In this document: positions 60,186-64,000 of the stretch, piece after piece
Layout: every line of letters starts with the position of its first letter
Numbering within the stretch: the stretch's first letter is position 1
DNA from: an uncultured Trueperaceae bacterium
GTDB taxonomy: Bacteria > Deinococcota > Deinococci > Deinococcales > Trueperaceae
DNA: 64,000 nt
Assembly (NCBI GenBank): GCA_963799485.1
Contig: CAWCXJ010000004.1
Span: 160,001 to 224,000, forward strand
Reading direction: 5' to 3'
Notes under the pieces: model-generated
The model's input: only the letters and a program-made list of their open reading frames with translations
Database searches by the model: none
Told to the model about the DNA's origin: nothing
Position numbers and translations under genes: made by a program

Positions 60186-61837
60186 AGATGAACTCACCAC
60201 GCGCCAGTGACGCCAGCCCGCCGGCTATGAAGATGGGCACGGAGATGGGCAAGGCCGACGCGGACGCCGAAGTCCGCGCCAAAGAGGAGCAGCTCGAGCG
60301 CTTGCGCGCGCAACAAACGCAGTTGGCCGAGGCCTACCGCCGCGAAGTGGCCGCGCAGAAAGAAGAGGACGCCAGGGCGCGCGAGCTGATGGAGCGCGAC
60401 GTACCCGGACACGTCGCGATGATGAAGCCGGCGCAAGAGCACCGACGCCTGGCGCTCGAGCTGCCGCGCGCGCTGCTGCAACGCGAAGCGCAGGTCTACC
60501 AGGAGCTGCAAAGCGCGCAGGCGGCGGCGCGCGCCGAGGCACCGTCTACCCCCGCGCTGATGGGCCAGATGGTGAAGATGGCGCCCTGGTCACAGATTCC
60601 CCTGCTGGTGCTGGGCGCGTGGTTGCTGGTCAGCCCCTTCACGCTCGGCTATCAGAGCGTGCCGCTCATCTGGAACGACATGATCAGCGGCCTTTTGGTG
60701 ATAGGGCTGGCGCTGACCACCTTTCGCAGCGGGCGCGCCAGCACCGCGTGGGCGAACACGGTGGTGGGCCTGTGGGTGGCCCTGGCCCCGCTCGTTTTCT
60801 GGGCACCGGACGCCGCCGCCTACGCCAACGACACGCTGGTGGGCATGCTCGTGGTCGCCTTTGCCGTGCTGGTGCCCATGAAGATGCAGATGCCGGGACC
60901 CGACGTGCCGCTCGGCTGGTCGTACAACCCGGCGTCGTGGCTCCAGCGCGCGCCCATCTTGGTCCTGGCCCTGCTCAACTTTTTCATGTCGCGCTACATG
61001 GCGGCGTTCCAGTTGGACCACATCGCCTGGGCCTGGGACCCGGTCTTCGGCGACGGCACGGTGCTGGTGCTCGGTTCGGCCGTCTCGAGGGCCTTTCCCG
61101 TCTCGGACGCGGGGCTGGGCTCCTACACCTATCTGGTCGAGCTGCTGGCGGGCTTTATGGGGGACCCGCGCCGCTGGCGCACGATGCCGTGGATGGTCGC
61201 CCTCTTCGGCTTCATGGTGGTGCCGCTCGGCATCGTCAGCGTGGTGCTGATTATTTTGCAGCCGGTGGTCGTGGGCGCCTGGTGCACCCTGTGTCTGCTG
61301 ACCGCGCTCTTCATGCTGATCATGGTCACGCTCTCGCTCGACGAGGTGATCGCGATGATCCAGTACTTGGTGCAGACCCGGCGCGCGGGCAACTCCGTGT
61401 GGCGCACCTTCTGGCTCGGCGGGGACGCGCTGAGCGGCGACTCGACGCCGCAGCGCCGCGCGACGACGCCGACGCGCGAGATGTTCTGGGGGGCGACGCT
61501 ACCCTGGAACCTGCTGGTGAGCGCGGCGCTGGGCGCGTGGCTGATGGCCTCGCCCGCCATCTTCCAGACCCAGGGCGGCGCGGCGCACAGCGACCACATC
61601 CTCGGCGCGCTGGTCGTGACGGTCGCCATCGTCGCTTTTGCAGAAGTGGCGCGCGCCGCAAGGTTTATCAACATCGCGCTGGCGCTCGCCATCATCGTGT
61701 TGCCCTGGCTGCTCGGCGGCGGCACGCTGCTGGCGGGCTTGAACGCGCTTGTCGTCGGCCTGCTCATCATCGCGCTGAGCGTCCCGCCGGGCAAGGTCAG
61801 GAACACCTACGGCGGCTGGAACGCGCTCATCGTCTGA
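60182..61837 (+). CDS. SPW-repeat / vitamin K epoxide reductase family membrane protein
   Basis: GAWLLVSPF-type SPW repeats, GWSYNP.SW.QR, DAGLG, RWRTMPW, WCTLC. Confidence 0.85.
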   Translation: MKMNSPRASDASPPAMKMGTEMGKADADAEVRAKEEQLERLRAQQTQLAEAYRREVAAQKEEDARARELMERDVPGHVAMMKPAQEHRRLALELPRALLQREAQVYQELQSAQAAARAEAPSTPALMGQMVKMAPWSQIPLLVLGAWLLVSPFTLGYQSVPLIWNDMISGLLVIGLALTTFRSGRASTAWANTVVGLWVALAPLVFWAPDAAAYANDTLVGMLVVAFAVLVPMKMQMPGPDVPLGWSYNPASWLQRAPILVLALLNFFMSRYMAAFQLDHIAWAWDPVFGDGTVLVLGSAVSRAFPVSDAGLGSYTYLVELLAGFMGDPRRWRTMPWMVALFGFMVVPLGIVSVVLIILQPVVVGAWCTLCLLTALFMLIMVTLSLDEVIAMIQYLVQTRRAGNSVWRTFWLGGDALSGDSTPQRRATTPTREMFWGATLPWNLLVSAALGAWLMASPAIFQTQGGAAHSDHILGALVVTVAIVAFAEVARAARFINIALALAIIVLPWLLGGGTLLAGLNALVVGLLIIALSVPPGKVRNTYGGWNALIV

Positions 61838-61957
61838 GCCGACAAGCGCCCGCCCGGTGGCTTGGACGGTCGCGCTCGAGTGCTTAAGACGCAAGCGACA
61901 CAAAAGGGAGTGTAGAACGTGAGAACACCTCGGGGTAGCAGAGGGGACGGTAAAGCT

Positions 61958-62572
61958 GTGACGGATAAAAAAGCAGTGACGGGGACGACGGCGCGTCCCG
62001 ACACGTTGCGCGGCAAACCCAGCGTCGGCATGACCGGCCTGCTCGTCGTAAACCTGGTGGTCGGCTACGAATGGTTTATGTCCGGCCTCGTCAAGTTTGT
62101 GCGCGGCGGCTTTCCCACCGGGCTCGCCGCCGAGTTGCTGGAGAAGTCCGAAGGCGCGCCCGGCTGGTACCGCAGTTTGATGATGAGCGCGTTTATCCCC
62201 AACGCCCAGCGCTTCGGCTACGTTATCGAGACCGCCGAATTGCTCGCCGGGCTTACCCTGATCCTCGGCGCGCTCATTTGGCTCTTCGCCTGGGAGCGCG
62301 TTTCCGACCGGGTACGCGCAACCGTCCACATAGCCATCGCCACCGCCGCTATCGGCGCGACGTTTTTGGTTATCAACCTCCACCTCGCCAACGGCGCGTC
62401 ACACCCCTGGCTCATTCCTGGGAGCGGCTTTGACGAGGGCATCGACCTCGACAGTCTGCTGCCGGCCTTTCAGATCGTAATCGCGACGGTCTGTTTCATC
62501 GACCTCAAACGCCTCCGGCAAACCAGAGAGGCCCATAAGACCCTGCCTGCGGAAGAGCGCCTGAGCGCGTAG
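61958..62572 (+). CDS. DoxX-like membrane protein
   Basis: GYEWFMSG..K...GGF...WY...E...G pattern; start uncertain (61919 or 61958). Confidence 0.65.
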   Translation: MTDKKAVTGTTARPDTLRGKPSVGMTGLLVVNLVVGYEWFMSGLVKFVRGGFPTGLAAELLEKSEGAPGWYRSLMMSAFIPNAQRFGYVIETAELLAGLTLILGALIWLFAWERVSDRVRATVHIAIATAAIGATFLVINLHLANGASHPWLIPGSGFDEGIDLDSLLPAFQIVIATVCFIDLKRLRQTREAHKTLPAEERLSA

Positions 62573-62774
62573 CGTAGTGGCGACGGGTAGCGGCAGCCCG
62601 TACGAGGTCGAAGGCGGCTCGAGCCCGGTGGCGCGCACGCTGGAGGACGAACGCTACTCGTTTCCGCTTTGTTTGTGGCAGTTACTCACGCATCGGTGCC
62701 TCGGGACGGTGGGGCGGGCTCGAAGGACGCGACGACCGGGAGACCCGGCAGCGAAAGGACAAGGATGAAAACCA

Positions 62775-64000
62775 ATGACTAAGCACGCCAGCGCCTTCGG
62801 GGCGCCGGGCACCGCGCCGCGCTGGACCTCCAGCGCCAAGAGCGGCGTCGGGACCGCGTATCACACCAGCGCGCGCGTCTGGTTCACGCTCAGCCACGGC
62901 GTCGTCAACGAGGTCTATTTCCCCTACGTGGATTCGCCCAACACGCGCGACCTGCAGTTTCTCATCAGCGACGGCGAATCGTTCTGCCACGAGGAGCGGC
63001 GCGACCTGCTGCGCCAGACCGAATACCCGGAGCCGGGCGCGTTGTTTTACCGGCTCACCAACACCGACCGCGCGGGCCGCTATCGCCTCGTCAAAGACAT
63101 CATCACCGACCCGCACGCGCCGGTGTTGTTGATGCACACGCGGCTGGACATCCTGGACCCGGCGCTGCGCGGCAAACTGCGCCTTTACGCGCTGCTCGCC
63201 CCCCACACAAAAGGCACGGGCCAGCACAACTCGGCCTGGTGGAGTGACGCGGATGGCCGGAAGCTCTTCGACGTGCAACGGGAAGACATTCACATGGCCT
63301 TCGGGTGCAACCCCGACTTTACGCGGCGCTCCGTCGGCTACGTCGGCTTCAGCGACGGCTGGCAGGACTTGATGGACAACTTCAGCATGGACTGGGAATT
63401 CGAGCGGGCCGAGGACGGCAACATCGCACTGCTGGGCGAGGTCGATATCGCGGCTGGCCCGGCGTTCACCCTGGGCGTCGGCTTCGGGCGCACGCGGCAC
63501 AGCGCGTCGACCCACCTGCTGCAAGCGTTCGCCACGCCTTTCGCCGCGCAGCGCCGGCGGTATGTCGGCCAGTGGCGGCGCACGCGCGCCGCCACCGATC
63601 TGAGCGAGCACACCACCGATGGTGGCGAGCTGCTCCGCTTGAGCCAAAGCGTTTTGCTGGCGCATGAAGACAAGACCTGCCAGGGTGCCTTCGTGGCCTC
63701 GCTGAGCATTCCCTGGGGTGAGACTAAAGACGACAGCGACAGCGGCGGCTACCATCTGGTCTGGCCGCGCGACTTAGTGCAAACCGCCACGGCGCTGCTG
63801 GCCTGCGGGCAAACCGAGTCGCCGCTGCGCGCGCTGATCTGGCTGGCGAGCGTCCAGGCACCTGGTGGCGGCCTGCCGCAAAACAGCTCGATCATGGGCG
63901 AAGCCTACTGGACAGGCGTGCAACTGGACGAAGTGGCCGCGCCGATCCTGCTCGCCTGGCGCTTGCAGCAGGCGGACGCGCTGCGGCAGTTCGACCCCTG
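62775..64000 (+). CDS. Glucoamylase / GH15 with glucodextranase N-terminal domain (runs off the window)
   Basis: Manual translation: MTKHASAFGAPGTAPRWTSSAKSGVGTA...VWFTLSHG..NEVYFP...HEDK...ASLSIPWG...GGYHLVWPRD...QLDE. Confidence 0.93.
   Translation, partial: MTKHASAFGAPGTAPRWTSSAKSGVGTAYHTSARVWFTLSHGVVNEVYFPYVDSPNTRDLQFLISDGESFCHEERRDLLRQTEYPEPGALFYRLTNTDRAGRYRLVKDIITDPHAPVLLMHTRLDILDPALRGKLRLYALLAPHTKGTGQHNSAWWSDADGRKLFDVQREDIHMAFGCNPDFTRRSVGYVGFSDGWQDLMDNFSMDWEFERAEDGNIALLGEVDIAAGPAFTLGVGFGRTRHSASTHLLQAFATPFAAQRRRYVGQWRRTRAATDLSEHTTDGGELLRLSQSVLLAHEDKTCQGAFVASLSIPWGETKDDSDSGGYHLVWPRDLVQTATALLACGQTESPLRALIWLASVQAPGGGLPQNSSIMGEAYWTGVQLDEVAAPILLAWRLQQADALRQFDP

Noticed and set aside
59022..63755. 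Long alternative-frame and antisense ORFs (59022-60200, 60619-61887, 61499-62383, 62682-63755)
   Set aside because: Shadow ORFs of GC-rich genes with Arg/Ala/Pro-rich composition; the overlapping frames carry recognisable motifs

Overview
A bacterial chromosomal segment of roughly 60% GC by eye. Gene content and protein style suggest Deinococcota (Truepera/Thermus/Deinococcus-like); this is an inference. It contains a partial MFS transporter, a sugar ABC transporter, a complete system I cytochrome c maturation operon (ccdA-ccmABCDEFG-ccmH-ccmI-like) ending in an orphan Rieske gene, and three tRNAs (Lys, Glu, Val) followed by a decayed integrative-element scar (integrase, VOC and EVE pseudogenes). 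Further along are an rlmN-TPR-SPOR-rex cluster, secreted lipoproteins, a polyprenyl synthase, ilvD, galT-DeoR-xylB, a GGDEF protein, ROK-sulfatase, a deoxyhypusine-synthase-family gene, a DUF433/DUF5615 toxin-antitoxin locus, several housekeeping genes, and a GC-richer terminal block (cfa, epimerase, SPW/VKOR protein, DoxX-like protein, GH15 glucoamylase). The top candidate for an undescribed system is at 32.2-35.1 kb. There, an uncalled 38-aa signal-peptide-bearing micro-ORF lies beside an 815-aa regulator built from a dead MalT/STAND-like ATPase, a low-GC helical/TPR-like sensor and a wHTH activator domain, with 11-bp-phased direct repeats in the peptide promoter. This resembles an RRNPP-like peptide signalling module of a different architecture. 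Other notable signals are a probable ATC start codon for ccmE, strong enrichment of the palindrome CTCGAG, and frequent short tandem micro-duplications at gene ends. All calls were made by eye without database searches.
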